From Planctomycetota bacterium (GTDB lineage Bacteria > Planctomycetota > UBA1135 > UBA2386), in NCBI GenBank assembly GCA_050181465.1, contig JBFXDD010000005.1, positions 125,587 through 189,586 of the forward strand: 64,000 nucleotides of DNA, read 5' to 3'. A model generated the notes under the pieces. That model searched no databases. It had not been told where the DNA came from and saw nothing but the letters and a program-made list of their open reading frames with translations. Shown piece by piece: positions 9,684-17,843 of this stretch. A program made the translations under genes and the position numbers. Every line of letters starts with the position of its first letter. Position 1 is the first letter of the stretch.

Positions 9684-10385
9684 TCAGCTCGCGGCCTGAG
9701 CGGCGTCCTTCGACTTGGCCAGCCGCTCGCACCATTCCGCCAGCCCGGTCACCGTGCGCGGAAGGTCCTGGTAGCGTGCGAGTTGGGCGAGCAGCACGTC
9801 GAGAGTCGCATCGGCGTCCTTCACCGCAGAGTGGCGCTTCTGGTCGTCGATCGCGGCCTTCTTGTCCTTGTCACCGCTCTCGTCACGCTCCGCGAACGCC
9901 GCGCCCTGAGCACGCCCGCAGTAGTGGGAGACCGCGTTGTTCAGGTTGCGCGGACCGAGGATGAAGCGGTCCCACGAGGTCTCCTTGCCGACGAAGATCG
10001 TGCGTGCGTCGACCACCAGTCGGCCCTCCATCGCGAACGTGAGGCCATGACGACGGCACTCGGCCAACCAGAGCGGAAGGTCGTAGGCACTGATGTTGAA
10101 GCCGCAGAGATCGGCGTCGCCCAGGAAGTCGAGCAGAGCCTGACCGGCACGGGCCAGGGTGGGTTCGCCGAAGAGTCCGCGCACGTCGTCGTTGCGGATC
10201 CCGTGGATGCGCGTCGCGGACTCGGGGATGTCGATCCCGGGATCGAAGCGGCGCTGGAGGGAATCCCGGGAGCCGTCCGGGTTCAACCGGACGAGACCGA
10301 CCTCGACGATCCGATCGTTGCGGACATCCAGGCCGGTGGTTTCGAGGTCGAGACAGACGAGGGGACGAGCTAGCTCGAGAATCAT
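9684..10385 (-). CDS. DEDDh-family 3'-5' exonuclease (DnaQ/epsilon-like domain protein)
   Basis: Exo I motif LDLETTGLD, an Exo II region GFNISAYDLPLW, and Exo III HSAVKDADAT. Confidence 0.8.
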   Translation of the reverse strand: MILELARPLVCLDLETTGLDVRNDRIVEVGLVRLNPDGSRDSLQRRFDPGIDIPESATRIHGIRNDDVRGLFGEPTLARAGQALLDFLGDADLCGFNISAYDLPLWLAECRRHGLTFAMEGRLVVDARTIFVGKETSWDRFILGPRNLNNAVSHYCGRAQGAAFAERDESGDKDKKAAIDDQKRHSAVKDADATLDVLLAQLARYQDLPRTVTGLAEWCERLAKSKDAAQAAS

Positions 10386-10499
10386 CGCGACGGATCGGGC
10401 TCGGTTGAGGAACGAGACGCCGGCCCCTCCCAGGGCCCGGTTGCTCCCCTTATAGCTGGCTCGCCCGTGAGAGGAAGTTCGCGTCGCGCGGCCGACGAC

Positions 10500-11069
10500 T
10501 CAGGCCGGCCAGCGCTCTTCCAATTGCGCGACCACGGAGGACCAGTGGCTCACTCCTGGGTGGTTCGTCGCCATGCGCTCGAGTTCGGCACCGAGATCCG
10601 CCAGCTCTTCGGCACTCGCGCGCGCGGCAAGTGGGTAGATCGTCAGCTCTTCTTCGGTCATGTGTCGGCGCAACCGCGCGATGTAGGTCTGGGCGAGCTG
10701 GGCGAAGATCGCTCGCTCCTCCCCGAGGAGATCGGTCGGTTCCCAGAGCATGCACAGCGACTCGAGGAGATCGCTGGTCTCCTGGTGATCGCCGATCAGG
10801 CGGCCGAGTAGTTCGGCGTGGTCGTCACCGCCTACCGCCAGCACAAGCGGATGGATCGCCAGGCTCTCCCGATGGTGGTGGGAACGCTCGACGAACTCGC
10901 GCAGGTAGCGGAGGACCAAGGCGACGTCTTCGCTCGGGAAACGCCCCTGGTCCAAGCCTCGAGCGAGCCGCTCGAAGACCCGCAACAGCCGACGGTGCAA
11001 GGCATGCTCGGCAAGCAGGGTTTGGATGGGGTTGGTCACAACGAGCAGGCCCAGCTTGAGGGTCGACAT
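10500..11069 (-). CDS. Hemerythrin-like domain protein
   Basis: Start set at ATG 11069 (MSTLKLG). His/Glu-rich helical pattern (LLAEHALHRRLL, ERSHHHRESL, IGDHQET, RLRRHMTEEE) is typical of the hemerythrin HHE cation-binding fold. The 133 upstream codons of the tracked ORF look non-coding. Confidence 0.6.
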   Translation of the reverse strand: MSTLKLGLLVVTNPIQTLLAEHALHRRLLRVFERLARGLDQGRFPSEDVALVLRYLREFVERSHHHRESLAIHPLVLAVGGDDHAELLGRLIGDHQETSDLLESLCMLWEPTDLLGEERAIFAQLAQTYIARLRRHMTEEELTIYPLAARASAEELADLGAELERMATNHPGVSHWSSVVAQLEERWPA

Positions 11070-11505
11070 CGACACGCGCGCAATCCCGAGCCGCGGCGAC
11101 CAATTTCGACGGCCGTCCCAGGGCCTGAACTTTTCCCGAACTTTCTTCAGGTGCAGGCTTGCTTCCACCGAACTTATCCCTAACATCCGCGGAGTTCCCG
11201 AACGAGGCCCAAACATGACTGCGATCGCATCGGCACCGATTTCCCCCGCTCTTCGCCAGGCTCCGGTCTCGCGAGGCCGAGTGCGTGTCCGTCTCGATGG
11301 GTCTCGTCCGTCGCTTTCCCCGTCGAGTCCGCGGAGCGGAACACGGGACGCTTCAGCGGCGGGATCTGGACCGGCCGCGAATCGGGCGGGTGAGTCGCGA
11401 GGCGTTGGTTCGCCCGCTGGTGAAGGTCGGGCCTTCGTTCGGTTGGCGGATTGGCGCCATGGACCCACTGATTCCGCTCTGGTGGCGCCACTTCGGCACG
11501 CGACA

Positions 11506-11568
11506 GCGGTGGCTCTAGGGCCGACGGCGGTGGCTCTAGGCGCGGCGGCAGCAGATCTAGGCGCTGCG
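11506..11568. repeat. Tandem direct repeat, 3 x 21 bp (GCGGTGGCTCTAGGNCNGNCG-like units)
   Basis: Read directly from the sequence. The units are gcggtggctctagggccgacg (11506-11526), gcggtggctctaggcgcggcg (11527-11547) and gcagcagatctaggcgctgcg (11548-11568). Each unit contains CTAG. Confidence 0.85.
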
Positions 11569-11787
11569 GCCGGGGAGTGTGGTCCGGTCGGGCTCGCCCG
11601 GCCGGAGGAACCGCGGAGTGTCTCGCCCGCCGGGAAACTGGTTGCCGACCTCTTGGGCGCGGGACTCGCGGTCGCCGCGCTCCTGTTCTTGGCGATCTAC
11701 GCCTGAACCAAGTCGCTTTCGACGGCCGTCCGGGGTGGTGCGTTCGAAGCCCCGGGCGGCCACACTTTCCATTCTCCGCAACGATCG

Positions 11788-12408
11788 ATGCATCTGACGC
11801 TCACCGACAAGCAGCTCAAGGTGCTGCGCCTCTTCCGGGATTTTCGTGACGAGCACGGTCTGTCGCCGACTCTGGAGGAAGCTGCGCAGATCCTCGGGGT
11901 GAGCAAGATCACCGTGCACGAGCACCTGCGTCACCTGGAGGACAAGGGCGCCGTCCGTCGCGACAAGTCCAAGGCGCGTTCCGTTTCGATCCTCTACGAC
12001 CCCGATGAGCCGCGATCCCGCGGGACGCGGACGGTCAGCGAGCTCCCCATCTTGGGAGTGGTCGCCGCGGGTCGACCGATCGAGGCCGTCGAACACGCGG
12101 AGGTCGTGCCGCTGACGGATCTCGTCCCGACCGGCGATGACCACTATGTGCTGCGGGTCCAGGGCAAGTCGATGATCGAGGATCACATCGACGACGGCGA
12201 CTACGTGGTCATTCGACGGCAGCAGGCAGCGAAGAACGGGGACATCGTGGTTGCGATCGTGGACGGCGAAGAGGCGACGTTGAAGCGGTACTTCTTCGAG
12301 CACGGCAGGGTTCGACTCCAGCCCGCGAATTCAGCACTCACGCCGATTTACCCGGAGCGCTGTGAGATCCGCGGGGTCTTGCGCGGCGTGATCCGCAAAA
12401 TGCGCTGA
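11788..12408 (+). CDS. lexA: LexA repressor (SOS regulator, S24 peptidase)
   Basis: N-terminal winged-helix region (LTDKQLKVLRLFRDFRDEHGLSPTLEEAAQILGVSKITVHEHLRHLEDKGAV), cleavage-site region VAAGRPIEA, and the Ser/Lys catalytic pair (VQGKSMIED ... TLKRY). Confidence 0.92.
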   Translation: MHLTLTDKQLKVLRLFRDFRDEHGLSPTLEEAAQILGVSKITVHEHLRHLEDKGAVRRDKSKARSVSILYDPDEPRSRGTRTVSELPILGVVAAGRPIEAVEHAEVVPLTDLVPTGDDHYVLRVQGKSMIEDHIDDGDYVVIRRQQAAKNGDIVVAIVDGEEATLKRYFFEHGRVRLQPANSALTPIYPERCEIRGVLRGVIRKMR

Positions 12409-12453
12409 GCGCAGACGTCGAGATCCTTCGCTGTATCGATTGCAGCGCGGTGC

Positions 12454-12642
12454 GAAGCCTGGACTGGACTCTTCGTGAACGTCTGATGCGATCGTCGCCA
12501 TTCTCGCCGCGCCACGTCGCTACGTCGGCTCCGCCCTGGCTGTGTAGCTACGGCTACGCTTCGGTCATCGCTCCACGCAGCCCCTTGCCGTCCATCGACC
12601 TGCGTCCATCTCGCGACGACGTTCACGAATAGTCCGGCCTAG
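12454..12642 (-). repeat. Nested-palindrome intergenic element, long form (copy G, reverse orientation)
   Basis: The reverse complement begins CTAGGCCGGACTATTCGTGAACGTCGTCGCGAGATGG and matches copies C and F along its length, including the inner GTAGC-NNNN-GCTAC hairpin. It lies between the lexA stop and the CDGSH gene start. The left boundary is approximate. Confidence 0.85.
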
Positions 12643-12651
12643 ACTGGGCGA

Positions 12652-12936
12652 ATGCCCGACGAACCCAATCGGCCAACCCCTCCCGAAGCACCCGGCCGAG
12701 TACAGAATCGACCCTTCGTGGTGTCGTGCTCACCCGGCAAGTACGCCTACTGCCAGTGCCAACGAAGCGCGCGATTCCCGTTCTGTGATGGAACTCACCG
12801 CGAATTGGTCGCCGCTGGAACCGACATCGGCCCCATGAAGGTGGTGCTCGACGACGAGAAGATGGTCGCCTGGTGCTGCTGCGGAAAGTCCGGGAAGAAG
12901 CCCTTCTGCGACGGATCTCACGCGCGAGCGGAGTGA
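12652..12936 (+). CDS. CDGSH iron-sulfur domain protein (two CDGSH motifs)
   Basis: Two copies of the C-x-C-x2-(S/T)-x3-P-x-C-D-G-(S/T)-H signature: CQCQRSARFPFCDGTH and CCCGKSGKKPFCDGSH. Confidence 0.85.
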   Translation: MPDEPNRPTPPEAPGRVQNRPFVVSCSPGKYAYCQCQRSARFPFCDGTHRELVAAGTDIGPMKVVLDDEKMVAWCCCGKSGKKPFCDGSHARAE

Positions 12937-13526
12937 GACTTGGCCGGGGTGGTCGCGGTCCTCACTCCCGCGGAGACGACCGACGCTTCCAACTCGAGTA
13001 GAGCCTGCTTGATCGCGACACCACCGGTGTAGCCGGTGGCCTTGCCGTCGCTACCGATCACCCGGTGACAGGGAACGACCAGCGCGACGGGATTGGTCGC
13101 GTTCGCGCGTGCCACCGCGCGCCATGCCGTCGGGCGACCGATCCTCACGGCAAGCTCGCGATAGGTGAGAGTCTTGCCGTAAGGAATCCTCCGAACGACC
13201 TTCCAGACCGACTCCTGAAACGGAGTGCCGCGGACTGCGACCGGAAGATCTACGACCTTCGACTTGCCGGTCACGAACTCACGCACGGCCGCAACTGACT
13301 TGGCGCACAGTCGCGGACGCTCCTCGATCGCCGAGAAACGCGATCGCAACTCCTCCAGCGCCGATTCCAGTTCGCTGGTCTCACTTCCTTCGGCCAGGAA
13401 GCGGAGCCCAACCAGGGCCTGTCCCGAATCGACCGCAACCAGAACGCGCCCGACGCTCGAGGTGCCGACCGACCAGGCGATCGGCTCGGCAGATTCGCGA
13501 TTCGAAGTGCGAGAGGTGGTTCTCAT
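12918..13526 (-). CDS. ogt: Methylated-DNA--protein-cysteine methyltransferase
   Basis: Active-site motif VPCHRVIGSDG, with the preceding region IPYGKTLTYRELAVRIGRPTAWRAVARANATNP. Start set at MRTTS (13526) and is uncertain. The 3' end overlaps the convergent CDGSH gene by 19 bp. Confidence 0.85.
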   Translation of the reverse strand: MRTTSRTSNRESAEPIAWSVGTSSVGRVLVAVDSGQALVGLRFLAEGSETSELESALEELRSRFSAIEERPRLCAKSVAAVREFVTGKSKVVDLPVAVRGTPFQESVWKVVRRIPYGKTLTYRELAVRIGRPTAWRAVARANATNPVALVVPCHRVIGSDGKATGYTGGVAIKQALLELEASVVSAGVRTATTPAKSHSARA

Positions 13527-13566
13527 GCGACAGCAGTGCGATCGCATGAGCAAGAAAAGCGCTCGC

Positions 13567-14685
13567 TCACTTGCCCTTCGACGCCGGGGCGTTCGAGCCT
13601 TTCGCCTCGGCCTTGTTGGACGGCTCGCGAAGCGTGTAGTCGATCGTCATCTTCGACGCCTCGTCACCCTCCCCGAACTGCATCGTGAGGCGGCGCTGCT
13701 TCTCCGACGAGTGAACCAAGGTCTGCAACACGGGAACCTCGCTCCCGTCCGGACCATGAGTCGAGCCGGTGAAACGAAGGGTCTTGGACTTGGCGTCGAA
13801 CTCTCCGCTCGTGACGGTGAAGGTCGGCGTCCAAGAGTCGATCCAATAGCTGACGAGTTTGCCGGTGGTGGCATCGAAGCCGCTGAGTGCGTGACCGGTG
13901 AACGGCATGCCCATCATCTCCCCTGAGAAGTCGGACCACGTCCAGTGACCGCCGCAGACCCAGCGCACACTCTCGGCGCACTCCGACTCTTGGGGTGGCA
14001 TGCCGGGAATGTCATGGCGGGCCTTCGCCTTCCAGTCTCCAAGCCCGAGACCGAGTGGATGGACCTTGTCGCTGGCCGCCTTCAATGCCGGCACGGCCGC
14101 CTTCGGGGCTTCCTTGAGGCGGGTTCGACGGATGACCATGCACTGAGTCTGGGCTTGGTCCTCGCCGAGGATCCAACACGTCTCGACCGACTCGTCGTCG
14201 CTCTCCATGACCAGTTGGCTCCGCATCCGACCGTGGCCGGTGTTGCCTTCGAAAGTCCACGCGAGGCGCCTGGCATCGAAGCTACCTCGCATCCTCGCCG
14301 GCGGCTCTTCCATGCTGGAGACCCAAATGCCGTCATAGGCCTTCGCGTTGGGGTCGTAACCGACGATCCAGTAGCCCTCGAAGTTCTGACCTTCGTGGTG
14401 ACTCTGGGTCACACTCCTCAACCACAGACCACCGCCGAGCAAGTCGATGGTCTCGATGCCATCGCTCTCCGTTGCTTTCTCCATGCCGGGGATCCCAGGA
14501 ATCGCCTCGGTTCGATAGACGACGCGCCAAGTACCAACCTGTCGACTCAAGGCTCGATGGTGTTCGGTAACGGGATCGACCGACACCACTTCGTCGACGG
14601 CGACCGGCGAATCCGGTTCTTGAGCGAGCGTCAGTGGAAGGATGAAGGAGGAGGCAAGAAGGGATCGAATCAGCGTGTGAGACAT
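13567..14685 (-). CDS. Secreted protein with two DUF1579-like repeats
   Basis: Start at ATG 14685 (MSHTLIRSLLASSFILPLTLAQ signal). There are two similar halves (GTWRVVY...GGLWL...YDGIWVSSM and GDWKAKA...GGHWTW...LVSYWIDSW), as in DUF1579 proteins. Family call is from memory. Confidence 0.5.
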   Translation of the reverse strand: MSHTLIRSLLASSFILPLTLAQEPDSPVAVDEVVSVDPVTEHHRALSRQVGTWRVVYRTEAIPGIPGMEKATESDGIETIDLLGGGLWLRSVTQSHHEGQNFEGYWIVGYDPNAKAYDGIWVSSMEEPPARMRGSFDARRLAWTFEGNTGHGRMRSQLVMESDDESVETCWILGEDQAQTQCMVIRRTRLKEAPKAAVPALKAASDKVHPLGLGLGDWKAKARHDIPGMPPQESECAESVRWVCGGHWTWSDFSGEMMGMPFTGHALSGFDATTGKLVSYWIDSWTPTFTVTSGEFDAKSKTLRFTGSTHGPDGSEVPVLQTLVHSSEKQRRLTMQFGEGDEASKMTIDYTLREPSNKAEAKGSNAPASKGK

Positions 14686-14728
14686 GGGACGGAACGATCG
14701 CGCGAAGTGCGCGCCGCTACAGATCATG

Positions 14729-15256
14729 TCACCGAGCCGCTTCTGCCGCCGAGGAAAGACTCTGCGTCGAGCGCCCGCGCAACGTGAACCACAAGCTCGG
14801 AAGCCCGAAGACGACGAAGGCCTGGAGGGAATCGAGAATCCCGAAGTCGCGCGGTCCGACCGTGCCGTGAACCTGCGCCGCTACCCGATCGACCACGTAA
14901 CCACAGCATGCGAGGAAGACCACCGCGGTCACGAGGCGGCCCGCGAACCACAGTCGGCGTGGGAACCATGCGGCGATGGCGAACAAGACGAACAGCCCCG
15001 CCACGCCCTGTCGTATCCACTCGCCGGACCGATCCTCGACCGCGGGACCGGTCAGCATCGCCAGCCCAGCCGCCAGGGAGATCGGCGCTACCACGAACAC
15101 CATCAGCGCTGAGCCGCCGAAGGCCACGGAGGCGCCGGCGGGAATCGCTGGTTCCGCCGCAAGATCCGCCGGCTGACTCTCGACGATCCCGCCCGTGACG
15201 CGGCTGGTTGGCGCGCATTCCTCGCGTCGATGAAAGCTCCCGAGCGTAGTCCCCAT
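14729..15256 (-). CDS. Small integral membrane protein, function unknown
   Basis: Four hydrophobic segments (e.g. SALMVFVVAPISLAAGLAML, VAGLFVLFAIAAWF, LVTAVVFLACCGYVV, LQAFVVFGLPSLWF). The start is uncertain: ATG 15256 was chosen and 15103 is an alternative. Confidence 0.35.
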   Translation of the reverse strand: MGTTLGSFHRREECAPTSRVTGGIVESQPADLAAEPAIPAGASVAFGGSALMVFVVAPISLAAGLAMLTGPAVEDRSGEWIRQGVAGLFVLFAIAAWFPRRLWFAGRLVTAVVFLACCGYVVDRVAAQVHGTVGPRDFGILDSLQAFVVFGLPSLWFTLRGRSTQSLSSAAEAAR

Positions 15257-15334
15257 TCGCGGCTGGAACTGTATCGGCAAGAATCCCTCTGCGACCGTGA
15301 CGCGTACGCGGGCTTCGCGGCGTCTCTCCCTCCG

Positions 15335-17803
15335 ATGGCTCAGCACGACCAACCGCCAGATGACGCTTGGCTTCGTCGACTCGCGAGGTCATTGACCGCG
15401 GACGAAGCCACCGCACTGGATCTGAGCCAAGACACTCTGGTGGCGCGGGAGATCCATGCCCCGGGCGCCGGCCGAGCCTGGCTCGGAACCACCTTGCGAA
15501 ACCTCTGGGTGTCACGTCATCGCGAGCGCCAGCGACGTGTTCGTCGCGAAACCTTGGCAGCTCGCTCCGAGTGCTTGCCGGCCACCGACTACATCGTCGA
15601 GAGAATTGAACTTCGAGAGAGCGTGCTCGCCGCGGTGCGCGAGCTCGAGGACATCTACCGGGAAGCCATCGTGCTGCGCTACTTCGAAGACCTGACCCCG
15701 ATCGAGATCGCGCGTCGCAGCGGTTGCCCAGTGCGCACGGTGCACACGCGACTGCATCGCGGGCTGCAGCGGCTCCGCGAGAAGCTCGATCGACGCTTCA
15801 AGGATCGCACTCGCTGGACCACTGCGCTCCTCGCGATCCCACCGAAGAAGTCCGTCTATCTCGCCGCTTGGATAACCATGCTCACGAAGACCAAGGTAGT
15901 CGCTCTGACCGCGATGGCCGTGTTGCTTGGGCTGATCTCGCTCTGGCTGCAAGGAGATCCGACCTCACTCCCCGAGAACACATCGATCGAGTTGCCGATC
16001 GTTGGGGACGCCGAGAAGCAGACCGAGACTGCGACCGGAGTTCGCGTGCCGACTCCGGTCCTTCCTGAGATCGAGGAGTCTGATCTGCATGACGCTTTGT
16101 CGTCGGTGATCGCCAACTTGGGGTCGACACCCACGATCCCGATAGGCGGCATGGTGGTGGATCTGCTTGCTCGACCAGTCCCTGGAGTCGAGGTCTATTA
16201 CGACGACTTCTCCGGTCACTCGCGATCGAAGTCGACGCCGATCCTCACGGACGAAGAGGGTCGCTTCGAGTTGAAGCGCGCTGCGAGCATGGGACACGTC
16301 AAGATCGGCGGTCCGCAATGGGTGGCCGTTCTCGAACCACACATCTACGACAACGACCGCGAGCATCTCGATCTGACCATCGTCGTCGCGCCGGCGATCG
16401 AGCTGCGCGGCACCACCGTAGACGAGAACGGCGAGCGGGTGCCCGGCGCGAGTCTGTGGCTGAACTTCACCAAGGACCTTCGCAGCGGCATCCCTCGCAT
16501 TCTCGATCGCGACGTATCCGTCACATTCACCGCCACGAGCGACGAACAAGGTTCGTTTCGATTCGAGGCCGCACCGAACAGTGACCTCGTCGAGGTTGTC
16601 GCCCATGCCAAAGGCCGACACGGTGCGACCATGAGTCTGACGAGCGTTCTTCGAGGCGAGCCGATCGTGCTCAAGCGATCTAGATCCGGCGACGAACTCC
16701 GTGGGCTTGTCTTGACTCGCGATGGTGCATCCGTCACGGCTGCAACGGTGACTCTCTTCGACCTCACGGTGACGGTCGATGATTCGGGCAACTTCGCCCT
16801 GCCGCTCTGGCAAGTCGAGCAAGACTCGTCGATGGATCGACCTGCAGAGCTCGTGGTCTCCTCGCCGGGCCGCTCCCCATCGCGACTGTCGGCGATCGGT
16901 CCTCATTGGCGAACACGCGCGGCCTGGCCCGCAGACCTCACTCTCACGCTGGGCGAGCGAGCCCTGACCATCCGCGGGCGCGTCGTGAGGCACGACGGCT
17001 CGCCGTTCCCATCACCCCATGTCGACTTCGTCGCACCCGCTCCCCCATGGATCGAACCGGCGAGCGGATCGCTCGGAAACGGTGTCTACGTTCAGAGGAA
17101 CCTCGACTCGAGTCTCGGGGAGTTCGAAACCCGTCCCGTCGCCGCGGGATGGTATCGACTGCGGGTGATCGTCTTCGAATCCTTGGAGGTGCACGACACA
17201 GACCCCATCGAGGCAGGTCGAACGGATGTCGAGATCCGCTTGCCGCATCGCGAGAAGTGGCCGCACCTGCGTGGCCGGGTCGTCGATCGTTCCGGGAATC
17301 CGGTGCCTGGTGCCGATTGGATCATCGAACGCCCACATCCCGACCATGGCGATGGCTCGGTGGTGCTCAACGGCCATTGGCACAACGCGGATCCACTCGG
17401 TCGAATCGAGCACGAACCACTCGATCGGTCGGCGCAGTTCCTTTGCGTCAAGGCCGCGGGCATGGCCGAGTGGAAGAAGTACGCGATCGCCGAGTTGGCC
17501 CGCGAAGGCGAGTTTCGGGTGATCGTTCCCGTCGGCTGCCGCGCCAGCATCCAACTCTCGACACGTGATCCGGCGGTGACGATGGCCCGATTGTTCGATG
17601 TCAAAGGTGACGCGTCGCCGGTCGTCATCACCCGCGGCAATATCGCGTTCGGAACGCGCGATATCGGGCTGACCGACGGCGCGTCCGAGAGTTTCGTGGC
17701 GCTCGACGACTGCGTCGAACTGGTGCTCTACTCCGACGGCGCGATCGTCCAGCGGATCCCGATCCAATTGCGTCCGGGAGTGGACACGATCCTTCGCAAT
17801 TGA
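15335..17803 (+). CDS. ECF-type sigma-70 family protein fused to a transmembrane helix and a ~590-aa extracytoplasmic domain of repeated carboxypeptidase-regulatory-like (Ig-like) modules
   Basis: Start at ATG 15335 (MAQHDQ). A sigma2-like region (DLSQDTLVA...AWLGTTLRNLWVSRHRE) and sigma4 (YREAIVLRYFEDLTPIEIARRSGCPVRTVHTRLHRGLQRLREKL) are followed by a TM helix (VVALTAMAVLLGLISLWL). About five modules of the form xxGxVVDxxGxPVPGAxV...GxFxL follow. Confidence 0.7.
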   Translation: MAQHDQPPDDAWLRRLARSLTADEATALDLSQDTLVAREIHAPGAGRAWLGTTLRNLWVSRHRERQRRVRRETLAARSECLPATDYIVERIELRESVLAAVRELEDIYREAIVLRYFEDLTPIEIARRSGCPVRTVHTRLHRGLQRLREKLDRRFKDRTRWTTALLAIPPKKSVYLAAWITMLTKTKVVALTAMAVLLGLISLWLQGDPTSLPENTSIELPIVGDAEKQTETATGVRVPTPVLPEIEESDLHDALSSVIANLGSTPTIPIGGMVVDLLARPVPGVEVYYDDFSGHSRSKSTPILTDEEGRFELKRAASMGHVKIGGPQWVAVLEPHIYDNDREHLDLTIVVAPAIELRGTTVDENGERVPGASLWLNFTKDLRSGIPRILDRDVSVTFTATSDEQGSFRFEAAPNSDLVEVVAHAKGRHGATMSLTSVLRGEPIVLKRSRSGDELRGLVLTRDGASVTAATVTLFDLTVTVDDSGNFALPLWQVEQDSSMDRPAELVVSSPGRSPSRLSAIGPHWRTRAAWPADLTLTLGERALTIRGRVVRHDGSPFPSPHVDFVAPAPPWIEPASGSLGNGVYVQRNLDSSLGEFETRPVAAGWYRLRVIVFESLEVHDTDPIEAGRTDVEIRLPHREKWPHLRGRVVDRSGNPVPGADWIIERPHPDHGDGSVVLNGHWHNADPLGRIEHEPLDRSAQFLCVKAAGMAEWKKYAIAELAREGEFRVIVPVGCRASIQLSTRDPAVTMARLFDVKGDASPVVITRGNIAFGTRDIGLTDGASESFVALDDCVELVLYSDGAIVQRIPIQLRPGVDTILRN

Positions 17804-17843
17804 ATCGAGAGAACCGAACTCGAGGCGTTCTTCGGAACCGGCC

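Noticed and set aside
11701-11787. A search for an SOS (LexA) operator immediately upstream of lexA, including the small palindromes TTCGAA, CGATCG and GATGCATC around the start codon.
   Set aside because: None matches a known LexA-box class, and 6-8-bp palindromes are common here. I cannot assign an operator without comparative data.
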